Below are positions 29,024 to 39,394 of a DNA stretch of 64,000 nucleotides, piece after piece. The stretch covers positions 2,478 through 66,477 of the forward strand of contig CAVWUP010000032.1 in assembly GCA_963758155.1 (NCBI GenBank), given 5' to 3'. Each line of letters begins with the position of its first letter. The stretch's first letter is position 1. The notes below the pieces were generated by a model that was not told the origin of the DNA, ran no database searches, and saw only the letters and a list, made by a program, of their open reading frames with translations. Source of the DNA: an uncultured delta proteobacterium (lineage in GTDB: Bacteria; Myxococcota_A; Polyangia; Fen-1088). The position numbers were made by a program, and so were the translations under genes.

Positions 29024-30298
29024 TCAAGTTTCGTCATCCTCCGGAAAAGACGGAAGGGGCATCGTCCCGTCGGCGTTGAGGCCTGGGAGTTTGAGGTCTG
29101 AGAGTTTCAGTTCGGGTTCGGTCTCCTCTTCCGCCTGGACCTGCAGATGGCGTCCTCTGCGTTTGCTCGCCGAGGGCTGCTTAGGATCGAAGATACCTGG
29201 AACTGTCGCTGCGAAACCTGCGCAGAATTCGACCACGGCCGAGAGCAATTTACGGGTTTTCCTGTCGAGTTGTGGATTCTCCCGCACGGCGGTCGAAAGG
29301 CGCGAGAGCATCGTGGTGGTCGGTCGGTTCTGGCTCCGTCGAGTCTGATTTCGCTGACTTGATGGACGGGCGAGATTGGCGACCTGCCGGGCCTTCCAGG
29401 CTGCGAAAAAGGCGGAGGCTTCGTCTTGAGGCATACCCGCGAGTCGGTTGCGCATGTGATCGTTCAAAAACTGATCACCCGCGCGCCATGCCGCGAGCAC
29501 GTCCGGCGGGAGGGCCTCCATCTGGCGAACCAGATTTTGCACCCTCGAGTCGGACAGGCCAAGACGCCGAGCGTACTCGGCCAGCGGGGTGCCAAACCGG
29601 TCGCGCATGAACTGGGCGCGGGAGGCTACGTCGAAGCTAGACAACTTGCGCCGCACGCTGTTTTCGACGGCGTTGACGAAGTAGAGTTCCACCTCACTCG
29701 TGTCGGCAGGCAAGACGACCGCCCTGATCGTCGACCACCCCAGGGCCACTGCGGCGGCATAGCGAAGGAAGCCAGCGACCAGAGCATACCGCTCCTTCCG
29801 ATGTGGGTCGGCCACCACGAGGATCTCCTGCAGTTGTGCCTCGCGTTTCAGGCTCTCACACATACTCCTCAGGGCATCTGGGTCCAGCTCGAAACGGATG
29901 TTCCTGATCCGCGTCTGATCGATCGCGGTCACGGGAACGTCCATGACCACGACGTCGACGCGGTCGGCATGCGTGCGACCATGAGCGCGAGCTTGGAGCT
30001 CGGCCAATCGCTTCTGGCTAGTGGACAGTGGCACTTGGGGCGCAGGCGGGGGCGGAGACAACTGCGCGCTGATCAAGTCGGGTAGTAGCATCCCGCAGGC
30101 TTTCAACAGTTGGTCGACCACCGTGTCCGGCTCGGCGGTCGCCGGCTGCAGGGGCCGCACCGACGCTCCCACTTTCTCGGCTGCGCGTTCTTTGAGAAGC
30201 GCTATTAGCCCCGACAAGGGAGTCTTGGTGGGAGTCGCCTCCGTCTCGGGGGCGGTTTCGTTCTCGATCGAGTTGGGCTTGGCATCTTCCGGATCCAT
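29024..30298 (-). CDS. ParB/RepB/Spo0J-family protein, 424 aa
   Basis: Start MDPEDAKP after AAGGAG; RNIRFELDPDALRSMCESLKREAQLQEILV...YALVAGFLRYAAAVALGWSTIRAVV, ENSVRRKLS, HTH LAEYARRLGLSDSRVQNLV. Confidence 0.85.
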   Translation of the reverse strand: MDPEDAKPNSIENETAPETEATPTKTPLSGLIALLKERAAEKVGASVRPLQPATAEPDTVVDQLLKACGMLLPDLISAQLSPPPPAPQVPLSTSQKRLAELQARAHGRTHADRVDVVVMDVPVTAIDQTRIRNIRFELDPDALRSMCESLKREAQLQEILVVADPHRKERYALVAGFLRYAAAVALGWSTIRAVVLPADTSEVELYFVNAVENSVRRKLSSFDVASRAQFMRDRFGTPLAEYARRLGLSDSRVQNLVRQMEALPPDVLAAWRAGDQFLNDHMRNRLAGMPQDEASAFFAAWKARQVANLARPSSQRNQTRRSQNRPTTTMLSRLSTAVRENPQLDRKTRKLLSAVVEFCAGFAATVPGIFDPKQPSASKRRGRHLQVQAEEETEPELKLSDLKLPGLNADGTMPLPSFPEDDET

Positions 30299-30726
30299 CG
30301 GCGATCTCCTTGGTTCGTGGCGTTGGCGTTCTGTCTGCAGTCGCACGTTTTCTCGAGTGCGACTGTGTGCTCGCCACGCTAGCCCCCGAAAAACGCAATA
30401 GGGCGACGACAACCCCAATACTGGGTTTCTCTCCGGGCTCTTCTTCGGCTCGCGCGGGAACTGACTACTGGCCCGATCCATCAAGTGAAGCCGGCCGAAT
30501 CAGGACACGACGAGGCATCAGCCCGACGAGACGTGCTGCCACGAAGTCATTTATGCCCGCGATCATACGACGCGGCGCCACCCGATCGGCGATGTTCTGG
30601 TTTCAGCCTGGCAGATCGACTGTCCGTCCAAACCGCCCGGCGTTTCCTCTGCGCGCAGATAGTCGCCATGGACTTTCGACCCAGCCGCCGATCCGGGTCA
30701 AGCGGTGGTCGGCTCGCTTGGCATGA

Positions 30727-33534
30727 TCAGCTCGCAGGCCCCCCTCCGCTGCTATCCCAGACTTCCAACCTAAACGCCAAGTCCGCCGCCGCCCGCTCCG
30801 GCAGAGGCACCCGGTCGGCGAGGCGATCAGTGCTCAGCTCGTCCGTCTTGTACTGCTCGCCCATGACCACCTGGAACCACCGCTCGCGGTCCCGCACGAC
30901 GCGGAACATCTTCTCGTCTTGGGTTCCGGCGACGTAGGGCCAGAAGACGTTGATTGACTTGCCAGCTCGTTCCGCCTTGGCGCCGATGCGATCGACGCGG
31001 CCAGTTCGCTGCTCGACAGTACTGGGGTTCCAGCTCAGGTCATGATGGACGATGTATCGGCAGTTCAGATGCAGATCCACGCCCTCGGCCATCACACTGG
31101 ATGCGACAAGCACTTCGGGGAAGAAGGGGCTGTTGAACCCCAGCAGAAGTCGTCGGCGTGTCGCCTGTTTTACGGGGCCGTTCGCAAGCCGAACATTGGG
31201 CAAGAGAATTCCTCGCGTCTCGTCCATATCGGATGAATCCCTGGGTTTCTCACCACGCTCACCCGGCGAGATGCTCTCCAGCGCCTCCAGGTATTCCTTT
31301 CGCTCATCGGCCTGGCACCGGCTGGCGACGAATTCGACAAAGTTCTCAAGCTTACGGCAGAGGGTCAGGCCCGAGCCGTCCGCGCTGTTCAGCGCAGTGT
31401 CCAGCGCCTCTGCCCTGTCCGTGTGGCCGAGGTTCAGGTAGCGCGCCAGGAACGGTGGCGTGCGGACGAAGCGCCGGACCACTCCCCTCACGCGATTTCC
31501 GATCGCTTCGTCAATCGCTTCGTGTTTGGCCAGCACGGATGTCACGAATTTCCTCAGGGCTCGTTCCATCGGCCTTTCGAGGTCGAAGGCCTCACCGGCT
31601 CGGCGCACAAGGTCGCGAGCCTCCTTGTCGGAGCATCCCACGCTCTTGCAGACCCGATCGTTAAGACGGCGATCGATTTCGGACGAGATATGCCTTGCGA
31701 GGGCGCGGCCGGTCGCCTGGTAGTGGCAAAAGACCACCACCTTCTCCCCGTCCTCCCACAGGGATGCCACGCGTTCGACCAATGCCAGCACCTTGGGGTG
31801 CCTGCCGCGAGCCTGGGTCGAAGGCAGGGCATCGTTCAGGCGGTCCAAGTAGCGTCCAAGCCGCGCATCCTCGTGGAGCTGACCCGCCACCTCCTCGTCG
31901 ACTACGGCGTCTGGGGGTACGTCCTTCCGTCGCGTTTCCAAGAACGCCTCGTAGCTCGAGGCCAGCCCCTCCGCGAAGGTCGCACGGCCGGCGCTGCCCA
32001 TTGTCCGCTGGCTCCTGGCCACCAGCGCCTGGCTTCGCGCGGCCAACAAGAATGGCAACACCGCCTCTTCCGCGACGGCAATCCCCTCTCTCTCGTGGCT
32101 GTCGCCAGTTCTGATCGCCTTGCCATCAAGGCGCAATCGTCTCGGTATGTTCTCCACCAGGTTGCGAGATCGCAAGTGCCGTATCACCCATGGCCGCAAG
32201 TGCTGTCCCGCTTCCTGCATGGTCGTGAGGGCGCGCGCATATGAGCGCCGAACAACCTCGATGCGCTCAGGCAAGGCGCCCGCCGCCGGAAGCCCGGCCC
32301 ACCATGCATCGACCCCGTCGTGTGCGCCCTCAGGGATATCGTCCCAGCGGATGTTTCGCCATTGCTGGTCCAGATCGGTGGTCGACCGTTGGGCGACGTC
32401 GAGGGCCTTTCCCAGCGTCAGGATCCGCTCCTTGAAGTCATCCCGGCTCATCGACGGGAGGCTGTCCCACGCGATGGCGACGAAACGCTGGAGGATTTCC
32501 AGGAGTTCATGGTGGCCGAGCTGGAACGGCGTCGCCGTCATGAACAACATCCGCTCAAAGCCGCCGCTTAGGGCGCCGGCGAGAATGTCTGTTGTCTCTT
32601 CCTTGATGTCCGGATCAACAAACAGCGATGCCAGCCTGGTCGCAGGGTTCTTTAGATGATGGGCCTCGTCCAGGATCAGCAAGGGCGAGCGAAAATGCGC
32701 TTGCGCCAAAGCCTGGGGCCAGATTCTCCGCATGGCCTGGTTCAGCTGCACGCGAATTGCCTCGAGACGCTGGTCCAGATAGGCCGACTCCCGGGCAGGC
32801 AACTCGCGCAGGCTCTCCGTCAAAGACCCAAGATCGACCTCGCCCCGCTCAAGAACCTTGTCGACAGCGTCGGGAACCGGGTCGTCGGTCAGTTGGTCCT
32901 TGCCGCTGGCGTTCTCGTTGATGAGGTCCTTCCAGCGCGCGCAATCGAGCCTCAGCAGACTCGCGTACAGCTCGGGGTCACGGAACTTGCTCTTGGTCCT
33001 GAGCAGGTCGGCCACAAAGCGAGGCAACGCCTGCCTCCGCACACCCAGGTGGATTCCACGGAGCGCCGCCCGAATGATGGCCAACTTCATCCATGGGTCA
33101 GTGAGGCCGATCTGGAACGCCCCATGTGTCAGAAAAATGATCCGCGCGCGTTTGCTCGGCGGGTCGTCCAGGAGTCGGAAGAAATCGAGGCCCGAGTATG
33201 CGCTCTCGACCCTCATGGGCTTGTCCTCAGGTCGGCTGAGGCAAAGATCCCGGAAGACTCGCCAATCGTGCGGCCACTTGTCGCGAAGCGAGGGCGGCAC
33301 CATGATCACCACTGGCCGTTTGCCCTTGTCGCTGATCGCGGCGGCGACAGCCAGCGACAGCGCAACGAATGTCTTTCCCATCCCCACTTCGTCGGCCAGC
33401 ACCAGTCCGGGCTGCGACTCCAGCCGTCGGACTATCTCGCGGGCAGTTTCCAGCTGGCGCAGGCCATCCTTCTTGTCCACGCGGTTGGTACACAAATCCA
33501 ATCGTTCGAGGTCAAAGTCCACTGGCCAGGTCAC
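30727..33534 (-). CDS. SNF2-like helicase (Azaca ZacC-like position), about 935 aa
   Basis: GTG at 33534 overlaps the upstream stop; LADEVGMGKT, LDEAHHLKN, MTATPFQ, FNSPFFPEVLVASSVMAEGVDLH, WNPSTVEQRTGRVDRIG. Confidence 0.88.
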   Translation of the reverse strand: MTWPVDFDLERLDLCTNRVDKKDGLRQLETAREIVRRLESQPGLVLADEVGMGKTFVALSLAVAAAISDKGKRPVVIMVPPSLRDKWPHDWRVFRDLCLSRPEDKPMRVESAYSGLDFFRLLDDPPSKRARIIFLTHGAFQIGLTDPWMKLAIIRAALRGIHLGVRRQALPRFVADLLRTKSKFRDPELYASLLRLDCARWKDLINENASGKDQLTDDPVPDAVDKVLERGEVDLGSLTESLRELPARESAYLDQRLEAIRVQLNQAMRRIWPQALAQAHFRSPLLILDEAHHLKNPATRLASLFVDPDIKEETTDILAGALSGGFERMLFMTATPFQLGHHELLEILQRFVAIAWDSLPSMSRDDFKERILTLGKALDVAQRSTTDLDQQWRNIRWDDIPEGAHDGVDAWWAGLPAAGALPERIEVVRRSYARALTTMQEAGQHLRPWVIRHLRSRNLVENIPRRLRLDGKAIRTGDSHEREGIAVAEEAVLPFLLAARSQALVARSQRTMGSAGRATFAEGLASSYEAFLETRRKDVPPDAVVDEEVAGQLHEDARLGRYLDRLNDALPSTQARGRHPKVLALVERVASLWEDGEKVVVFCHYQATGRALARHISSEIDRRLNDRVCKSVGCSDKEARDLVRRAGEAFDLERPMERALRKFVTSVLAKHEAIDEAIGNRVRGVVRRFVRTPPFLARYLNLGHTDRAEALDTALNSADGSGLTLCRKLENFVEFVASRCQADERKEYLEALESISPGERGEKPRDSSDMDETRGILLPNVRLANGPVKQATRRRLLLGFNSPFFPEVLVASSVMAEGVDLHLNCRYIVHHDLSWNPSTVEQRTGRVDRIGAKAERAGKSINVFWPYVAGTQDEKMFRVVRDRERWFQVVMGEQYKTDELSTDRLADRVPLPERAAADLAFRLEVWDSSGGGPAS

Positions 33535-35582
33535 GACAAGATCTCCTTGCAGGCATTGTCCACATACGACGCAAGGTTCGCCGGTGCGGGGCGCTGGCGC
33601 GCCAATTTCACGAGTTCGTCCAGCACCGCCCGGATCTCGCGATCCGCCTCGTCCTTGGCCACCTCGGCGCCGAAGGTCGGGGGGGCATCGGCCAAAGTCG
33701 TCGCGACCTCCGCGATCATGAAGCCGGCGGCCTCGCCTTCCTCCTGGGCCAGGCGTTGCGCAAGGGCCAATGGGCCCAGCGGTCCCCGCAACCGCCACAT
33801 GAGTGCGTCGTGCGAGAACACGGGCCTCTGCATCCTTTCGCGGAGCCCTTCGAGTGCCGCCGACAATCGCTTCATCCTCCGCAGTAAGTAGTTGCTGGTG
33901 TCCACCTTCTTGTGTGGATCGACGATGGGCGCTGGCGCTGGTTTCCCTGTCGCCTCGCGCGCCCTGATCACCCGGGCAACGGCCTCGTGGTAAGGCCGTG
34001 CCGACGTGAGCACCTGAAGCAGCTCCTCGAGATTGAGCTGGCGCAATTCGTCCGGCGGGGGCAGTGCCGCCGCGTTGGTCACGTTCACCACCCAGACTGC
34101 GCGCAGGGTTTCGCCTTTCTCCGACCAGGCAACCTCCAGAACCGATGGCGGCCTCGGTTGCGGCCAGTGGAGAGTGACTACGCCGGGAAAATTCGTGCCC
34201 CCAAGACTTGCGCCGTCCAACACGATCTTGCCAGCGCCACTGACGCTGAATCCGTGCGGCGGCGGATCGAGGAGCTCTAGGCGTAACGCCCCTCCGGAGT
34301 CTCTGGGGTCAAATAGCGCTGCCCCAAAGGCATCAGGCAACGGCGCGTACTCACATCCGTCCGATGTCTCAACCTGATCGTCGGGGTCGTGCAGGAAGCG
34401 CACCTCCTGGGCATCCAGGTCCACGTCCTCCATCGGTGGGCTGGCAGCCGCGCACATCTTGCCGAACGTGTCTGTCGCGTCTGGAATTTCGTAGACCAGG
34501 TTGGCCTCTACATTGGGGGACTTGGCGACACCGATTCCGTTGACGGTGAAATTGCTCGATCCCACGGCGAGAAGGACGCGACCATCGCGCTGCACCCACA
34601 GGCTCTTGGCGTGTAGATGCCGGCGTTCTTGTTCCTCGCCACCCTGCAACTCGGCGACAAAGGAGAATCCGTGCTCTACAGAGGCCCGAGATGGCTTGCG
34701 CAGCGCCTCGGGCACTTGTAGTTCGATGGCGCCATCCGGCGCACGATGCCCAGGGCAGACGAATTGAATCGCGCATTCGCCACGGCTAATCAGCAGCTCG
34801 CGCTCAAGCTCATCCGTCGTCGTGCGCGCATCCCGGCCGTCGCTGAAGAACGGGCTCAGGATGCGCGCGAAGGTTGCCGGAGGCCCGGACCACAGCTTTG
34901 CCATGCTGGCGAGGAGGCTCGGACGCCCCGGACCGATCCAAACGAACGAGCATTTCGGCTCGCCCCGACGCGAATCATCCTCGGTGCAGCCACGGGTCCT
35001 CTCAACCACGCCGCTCAAGAACTCACCAAGTGCCTTCTGTGGGCCGGCGCCCTGCTCAGTGCCAGGGCTGAGCTGCTGCAGTGCACGCAGGCATCCAACC
35101 ACGTCACGCAGGATCGACAGAGGCGGGCCACCTTCGGGTCGAAAATCCAGCGAGGCCATATGCTCGAAGTTGCTCCGGTAGCCCGGGACAGTCAGGTTCG
35201 CAGAGCCAACCAGAATGCGCACGCAACTCTCCCACTGAAGGAGGCTGATCTTTGCGTGCTGGATTGCGCCCCGCACACGGACCGGCAGCAGGTGCCAGCG
35301 CAGACTCCGGCTACCGGCGACCTGCCCGTGGTCTACGAAAACGCAGGCAAACGCCTGGGACAACTTGGTTTCATGTTCCAGGAGGTACGTGCGTCCGTCC
35401 TCGGTGGACTCCGTGTCCATTCGCAGGAACCGCCCCAAGCACTGCTCCTCGAAGAAATCGGCCTGGAAGGTGTAGGAGGTGGCGACGCACCCGATGGGCT
35501 CGCCAAAGTCGTCCTGGCCGCGCCACAGGTCGAGTAGGCGTTGGCGCGTGCTCTCGTCGTATGACCTGCGTCCCTTCCTCAC
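33531..35582 (-). CDS. Phospholipase D-like (two HxK motifs) putative nuclease, 683 aa
   Basis: QHAKISLL...VGSANLT and LHAKSLWV...VGSSNFT...NVEAN; coupled to both neighbours by 4-bp overlaps. Confidence 0.88.
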   Translation of the reverse strand: MRKGRRSYDESTRQRLLDLWRGQDDFGEPIGCVATSYTFQADFFEEQCLGRFLRMDTESTEDGRTYLLEHETKLSQAFACVFVDHGQVAGSRSLRWHLLPVRVRGAIQHAKISLLQWESCVRILVGSANLTVPGYRSNFEHMASLDFRPEGGPPLSILRDVVGCLRALQQLSPGTEQGAGPQKALGEFLSGVVERTRGCTEDDSRRGEPKCSFVWIGPGRPSLLASMAKLWSGPPATFARILSPFFSDGRDARTTTDELERELLISRGECAIQFVCPGHRAPDGAIELQVPEALRKPSRASVEHGFSFVAELQGGEEQERRHLHAKSLWVQRDGRVLLAVGSSNFTVNGIGVAKSPNVEANLVYEIPDATDTFGKMCAAASPPMEDVDLDAQEVRFLHDPDDQVETSDGCEYAPLPDAFGAALFDPRDSGGALRLELLDPPPHGFSVSGAGKIVLDGASLGGTNFPGVVTLHWPQPRPPSVLEVAWSEKGETLRAVWVVNVTNAAALPPPDELRQLNLEELLQVLTSARPYHEAVARVIRAREATGKPAPAPIVDPHKKVDTSNYLLRRMKRLSAALEGLRERMQRPVFSHDALMWRLRGPLGPLALAQRLAQEEGEAAGFMIAEVATTLADAPPTFGAEVAKDEADREIRAVLDELVKLARQRPAPANLASYVDNACKEILS

Positions 35583-36886
35583 GGCAGCCTCCGCAGATCC
35601 TGCAAGAACATCGATAGGCTCGTTGCTCGGTAGTCGTGGACGTAGTCAAATGGATCGTCGGGGCCATCGAAGACATACGCCGCCCGCACGGACACCTGAT
35701 CGTGCGGCAAACGCTCTATCCAGGGCCGCTTGCCGTGTGGCGGCTTGTCCGCCTGGGCCTTTTCGTGGCGATCCAGAACCGCCCTGAACAGTGAGTCCGG
35801 GGCCTTCGCCGGCTCGAAGCAGTCGACCAGTGGACGCACTCCTGGCTCCCACTCGAGCAGGACTCGATCGGCGCAAGCGCGGGCGACGCCGTCCTGAACG
35901 CGCTCAACCAACTTTGCGTTGCGCGCATGCTCTCGGAATTCGGGCGGCCCGATCGGGGCGCGACGTTGTTCCGTAGACAAGCGTCGGATGCCGTTGAATG
36001 CATCCATGATGGGCCCGCATAGCGACTCAAATGCATCGATGGCGTGAAGCCGAAGCTGCAGCGCCTCGCTGGCATGGCGAGCAGTCGAACGCAAGAATTT
36101 GGGCTCGTCTATTCGGGGCACGAGGGTCCCGCCTTTCACTACGGCGTCGACCAACTCCGCTGCCATCTCCGGCTCCTTCTTGGGCCTGCCCAGCAAAGCC
36201 GTCAGCAACTGCGCCTCGCTTCTACCTGCCCCAAGCGGCTCTGTGAGAAGGGCAATCTGTTCGTAGAGCGAGCCGGGCAAGGGCACTGTGCGCCCGACCT
36301 GCATTCCCTTCTCGACGGCCACCTTCAGTCTGTCCCGTAGGACCGCCCCCTCGCCATCTCGTCCAGCCTGGAAGCCAGCCATGCCCTTGTCGCGTTCCCA
36401 GGCGGCCACCAATTCGTACCCCGAGTCGTCCAGCCCGAGATCGTCGGTCAGGATCCCGAGCGCGATGGCAAGCCGTCTGTAGATGCCCGTAAAACCGAAG
36501 ATGGCGGCCGTCTTCAGGTACGAGGCGGCGCTGATTGGCCGTTTCTGCCGCAGCGCCGTGTCGATCTTGAGCATTCCCGGGATCCTGTGATCGTCGCGCA
36601 GCTTTTCCCGACAGCGGACAAGCGACTCCGCCACGTGCCACTCGAAGACCATCCACGGTGCGCTGACTCCATCCTTGGCGACCTCGTCGTCGTCTCGGCC
36701 GGCACAGACTACCGCGCCCAATGCCATGGCCGTTACGAACCTCGGTCGCGACATACGAACCGTCAGTGCCGGCAAGATCCGGTCGGCCAACCGCTCGTAC
36801 ATCGCCTGCAAGCCCAGCGCATCCACGCCGCTGTCGGCCTGTGCCTCCTGGTCAAATTCGCTCAAAAACGGTGGTTGAAGAGTCAT
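35579..36886 (-). CDS. Hypothetical defence-associated protein (DUF6361-like N-terminus), 435 aa
   Basis: GVDALGLQAMYERLADRILPALTVRMSRPRF resembles the D.LG.......D.L.PG......R.RY motif seen upstream of PLD+helicase genes; first gene of the triad. Confidence 0.7.
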   Translation of the reverse strand: MTLQPPFLSEFDQEAQADSGVDALGLQAMYERLADRILPALTVRMSRPRFVTAMALGAVVCAGRDDDEVAKDGVSAPWMVFEWHVAESLVRCREKLRDDHRIPGMLKIDTALRQKRPISAASYLKTAAIFGFTGIYRRLAIALGILTDDLGLDDSGYELVAAWERDKGMAGFQAGRDGEGAVLRDRLKVAVEKGMQVGRTVPLPGSLYEQIALLTEPLGAGRSEAQLLTALLGRPKKEPEMAAELVDAVVKGGTLVPRIDEPKFLRSTARHASEALQLRLHAIDAFESLCGPIMDAFNGIRRLSTEQRRAPIGPPEFREHARNAKLVERVQDGVARACADRVLLEWEPGVRPLVDCFEPAKAPDSLFRAVLDRHEKAQADKPPHGKRPWIERLPHDQVSVRAAYVFDGPDDPFDYVHDYRATSLSMFLQDLRRLP

Positions 36887-37111
36887 TGTTCAGCTTCGCC
36901 GCTGGAGCAGCGCCGTTGTGGGTTGGCGGAGAATTGCTGCCAGATCGTCGACCCGACACTCCGCGCTGTCAATCGGATCTCCGCGATTGCCGCGTTTCCG
37001 CATGGCCAAGAGCATCTTCTGGGCACTGACACGGATCTTGGACCGCGTCCGGCCGCTGTTTCCGCGCCCGCTAGTCGGTGCCTCTCTCGTTCTATCGGCC
37101 AAATCTCGTGG

Positions 37112-39139
37112 TCAGCGGACCCACCCGGAGGCGGGAGCGGGATCACATAGGACGCGCCAGGCACCCGGGCTTCCGATCCGTTGGTCGTAGGCTGCAAGAG
37201 CCGCCTGGGCCTTCGGCGACGCCGAATCCCTCAGGAAGCCGCAGATCGCCACAGCCAGGGGTGTGCATTCTGTTTGGTGGACGTAGCCCGGTATGGGATC
37301 TTCCAGCAGCAGCCTTCCCAGCTGAGGAATGGCCTCCTCGAACTTCATTTCAATGAGGGCCATGGCTGACAGCTCCCTCAACCATTCCCGTCGCTCCTGA
37401 ATTCTCGTCCACCAGTCCGCCTCTCGGTAGCCGCCGATCCCGTGGGTGGGTTCCCACTGTGATCGTGGGCGCGGGTCTACGGATCGCATGAGAACCTTGG
37501 CCACAACCGCTGACCTCAAATGCACCGCCGCCGCTATAGCCGCAGTCTGCACCTGCTCGTCCCGATCCCCTAGCAACACCGCGAGGTGCCGTTCCCAGTC
37601 CGGTATCGCCGCGAGATTGGTCGCCGCCGTCGCGTCGAACGATGTCCTCCACAATGAACATCGCTCGGCATGCCTGGACCCACGGCCCTTGATCGCCGCA
37701 CGTACTCGCCCGAGGTCGGACGAAAGTCCAGCCTTGTCCTCCCCGACCAGCTCGCTGACCGAGTAGCCTTCCAACTGGGTCGCATCTGCGCCAGGGTCCA
37801 TTCGAGCTGAGATCGTGGCGGTGTGGCCTCGGCGCACCACCAGAATGCCTTCGGCCAAGGCTACCAGGTCAGGATCTGCCCCTGGAGCCACGGCGACGGT
37901 CGGACTCTTCTGGTTGTTGAAGATCACGACGCGCCCTGGCTGCATTTCGTCGTGGCTACCGAGGACGACGACCAGATGATTGCGCACGAAATCGAGGGCA
38001 AGTACCGATGGTTCCGGAAACTCTGGCATCTCGGGAAGAGGCCACGAGGCAGTTTGTGCGCTCGTCGCGTCGTCGATCTCGGCAATCTCGCGACACCTGA
38101 TTTGCAGCAACCGGCCGGCGCGTTCGACCAGATGGACCTCATGCTGGCGATTGCCCATGCAGCCCGATCCAAAATGGGCGACTGTGCACGTAGGTGTCTC
38201 GGGTTCCCAAGACCAGTACTTGCCGTCCGCCAACGCCAAAGGCAGCACGCGCTTGCGCGATGGCGAGGACAGCAAGAATGCCCTGCTGACACGTTCTGGG
38301 AACACCTGCTTTCTTCCGCGAATGGCGATCTCGTCAACCAGGCTCTTGCCGGTCCTGACCTCTAGCGCGCGCAACACCGGGCGGGAGATGAACGAAGGAA
38401 GGTAGGGGAGGTCGGCCTTCCGCGTGCGGGCTTCCAGTGCCGCATCCACCTCGAAGGTGTGGAGCCAAGCTCGCTGGTCATCCAGGTACACCGTCGATCC
38501 GTACTGAGGGGTTGGTCGCCGCCAAAGCAAGGCGCCGGTGCGCATGTCGACGGCTACGGCTTCTGCCGACGCTCCGTGCGCGCAGCCGGCAACCGCATAG
38601 TTGTCCCCGACGGCACCGATCTCGCCAGCCTCGATCTGACAATCGAGCTTCGTGCTCCACAGCGACCGTCCGCTGTTCAAGTCGAAGGCCGCGAGGTTGT
38701 ATAGCGAGTCGTGCACAATTGCCCGCGATCCCGCGATCGAAAGCGCGAGTCCTTCCTGGTGCACAAGGGGTGTTCGCCAGCGAGGGACGCCTGACTCGAT
38801 GTCGACTGCCAGCAGGTCCGGCATCCTTCCCGCGCCCTTGCCCATCGCCAGAAGGGTAGGGCCCTGGGGTTCGACGTCGAGCACCGATTGGCTCGTCCAC
38901 ACGCCGGGCAATTTCCACAGCCGCTTGAGGTGGGGCAGTCCCCGCGTCGCCCACGCGGCCAACTCGCCTGACTCGGTCCCATCGGTCGTGCGCCTTTCCA
39001 GATCCCCTGCTTTTCGCCGGCAGCCCGTTGAGACCGGCGCGATGGTGAGCAGGACAAGGGCAGGCACCGCCCAGGTCGGCACCGCTGCCAAGCCAGCCAG
39101 ACTTGAAGCACCGTGCTCTGAAAGGCGCGTCTCGTCCAC
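37112..39139 (-). CDS. PQQ-type beta-propeller lipoprotein with C-terminal HEAT-like helices, 675 aa
   Basis: Lipobox-like VSTGC after a hydrophobic stretch; repeats LLAVDIESGVPRWR, LAAFDLNSGRSLWS, AVAVDMRTGALLWR, LRALEVRTGKSL. Start uncertain. Confidence 0.8.
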   Translation of the reverse strand: MDETRLSEHGASSLAGLAAVPTWAVPALVLLTIAPVSTGCRRKAGDLERRTTDGTESGELAAWATRGLPHLKRLWKLPGVWTSQSVLDVEPQGPTLLAMGKGAGRMPDLLAVDIESGVPRWRTPLVHQEGLALSIAGSRAIVHDSLYNLAAFDLNSGRSLWSTKLDCQIEAGEIGAVGDNYAVAGCAHGASAEAVAVDMRTGALLWRRPTPQYGSTVYLDDQRAWLHTFEVDAALEARTRKADLPYLPSFISRPVLRALEVRTGKSLVDEIAIRGRKQVFPERVSRAFLLSSPSRKRVLPLALADGKYWSWEPETPTCTVAHFGSGCMGNRQHEVHLVERAGRLLQIRCREIAEIDDATSAQTASWPLPEMPEFPEPSVLALDFVRNHLVVVLGSHDEMQPGRVVIFNNQKSPTVAVAPGADPDLVALAEGILVVRRGHTATISARMDPGADATQLEGYSVSELVGEDKAGLSSDLGRVRAAIKGRGSRHAERCSLWRTSFDATAATNLAAIPDWERHLAVLLGDRDEQVQTAAIAAAVHLRSAVVAKVLMRSVDPRPRSQWEPTHGIGGYREADWWTRIQERREWLRELSAMALIEMKFEEAIPQLGRLLLEDPIPGYVHQTECTPLAVAICGFLRDSASPKAQAALAAYDQRIGSPGAWRVLCDPAPASGWVR

Positions 39140-39244
39140 GGAACGCAGTGTATCCCATCGCAGTCTCGCCGAGCGCTTGCCTCGACAATGGTGTGAGGGA
39201 GACGGAGGCCAACTATACGGCGGGCGAACTGACCGTGGATTGTA

Positions 39245-39273
39245 GCAACACTCGCGGCTCCAACTTTGCGAAG
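39245..39273 (-). repeat. Dispersed repeat copy C (inverted, diverged)
   Basis: Minus strand CTTCGCAAAGTTGGAGCCGCGAGTGTTGC; 22/29 match to the 3' part of 21884-21918. Confidence 0.6.
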
Positions 39274-39394
39274 TTCAATGGGAAATCGGGTTGACCGAGG
39301 GAGCCATCCTCGCTACCGCCAGCCTGGATGACCTGACGGGAGTCCCCAACCTGAGTCGAGGACTGGGTCCTTTCCCAATGCCGCGCGCCTCAGA

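Noticed and set aside
36883-37197. Small ORFs between the PQQ gene and the triad
   Set aside because: No motif, atypical composition, partly overlapping a neighbour.
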